Assembly: GCA_964529405.1 (NCBI GenBank)
Contig: CAZGWE010000003.1
Coordinates: 17,192-81,191 of the forward strand
Direction of reading: 5' to 3'
Length of the DNA stretch: 64,000 bases
Source: an uncultured Candidatus Saccharibacteria bacterium
GTDB lineage: Bacteria > Patescibacteriota > UBA1384 > XYA2-FULL-43-10 > 1-14-0-10-43-13
This document shows, in pieces, positions 63,997-64,000 of the stretch (positions are counted from its first letter, which is position 1; every line of letters begins with the position of its first letter). A model generated the notes under the pieces. The model did no database searches. It saw only the letters and a list, made by a program, of their open reading frames with translations, and was not told the DNA's origin. Position numbers and translations under genes: made by a program.

Positions 63997-64000
63997 AGCA

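Noticed and set aside
1-64000. Looked for CRISPR arrays, rRNA genes, integrase/recombinase genes next to the two tRNA-Ser genes, and toxin partners for the Phd-like gene
   Set aside because: There are no regularly spaced direct repeats with unique spacers. No rRNA-like conserved stretches were noticed. No tyrosine or serine recombinase motifs appear near 42616-42705 or 54710-54799. No RelE/Doc-like small ORF lies next to 37717-38364.

Overview
This 64-kb window is about 43% GC with local exceptions. The gene content is consistent with a small-genome, uncultivated bacterium, possibly Patescibacteria/CPR-like; that lineage guess is inference only.

The left ~37 kb is one very large cell-envelope glycan locus with five parts:
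- (i) A nonulosonic-acid (pseudaminic/legionaminic-like) module: PseB-like dehydratase, PseC-like aminotransferase, NeuB/PseI-like synthase, two CMP-sugar-synthetase-like domains (both fused to other enzymes), three SAM methyltransferases, ATP-grasp, aldo-keto reductase, RpiB-like isomerase and a Wzx-like flippase. An IS200-type tnpA-only element with matching terminal hairpins is inserted in it.
- (ii) A pentose-phosphate-derived NDP-sugar module: a 961-aa GtrA-like/RPE-like/nucleotidyltransferase/His-phosphatase fusion, an AraD-like epimerase and a sugar nucleotidyltransferase.
- (iii) A ~1.85-kb high-GC (~60-65%) island carrying an IMPase-family gene and an HD-domain gene.
- (iv) GT2 and large polytopic (GT-C-like) membrane proteins, plus three GtrA-like proteins.
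- (v) An rmlA-C-B-D operon in which rmlD carries an in-frame copy of a ~75-95-bp TIR-bearing repeat that also sits in two intergenic sites.

The middle holds an oxidative-stress island: ferredoxin, SOD, peroxiredoxin, two rubredoxins and two Fur/PerR paralogues, one of whose C-termini is encoded by a perfect 40-bp palindrome. It is followed by tRNA-Ser(UGA) and housekeeping genes (PNP-like, PCP-like, ComF, Hsp20, GalU).

The right part starts with a solute-binding lipoprotein followed by three ~110-aa two-helix VirB2/TrbC-like pilin-like proteins. Among them is a 1044-aa secreted protein whose C-terminus is a fourth copy of that pilin-like module. Next come an orphan PilB/GspE ATPase and tRNA-Ser(CGA). 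Then comes the replication-origin neighbourhood: yidC-yidD-rnpA-rpmH on the minus strand and dnaA-oriC-dnaN-recF-DciA-like on the plus strand. A ~95-bp repeat family fills the unusually long spacers of the rnpA operon and lies inside oriC. The window ends with a >850-aa unknown membrane-anchored protein where gyrB is usually found.

No rRNA and no CRISPR array were seen.
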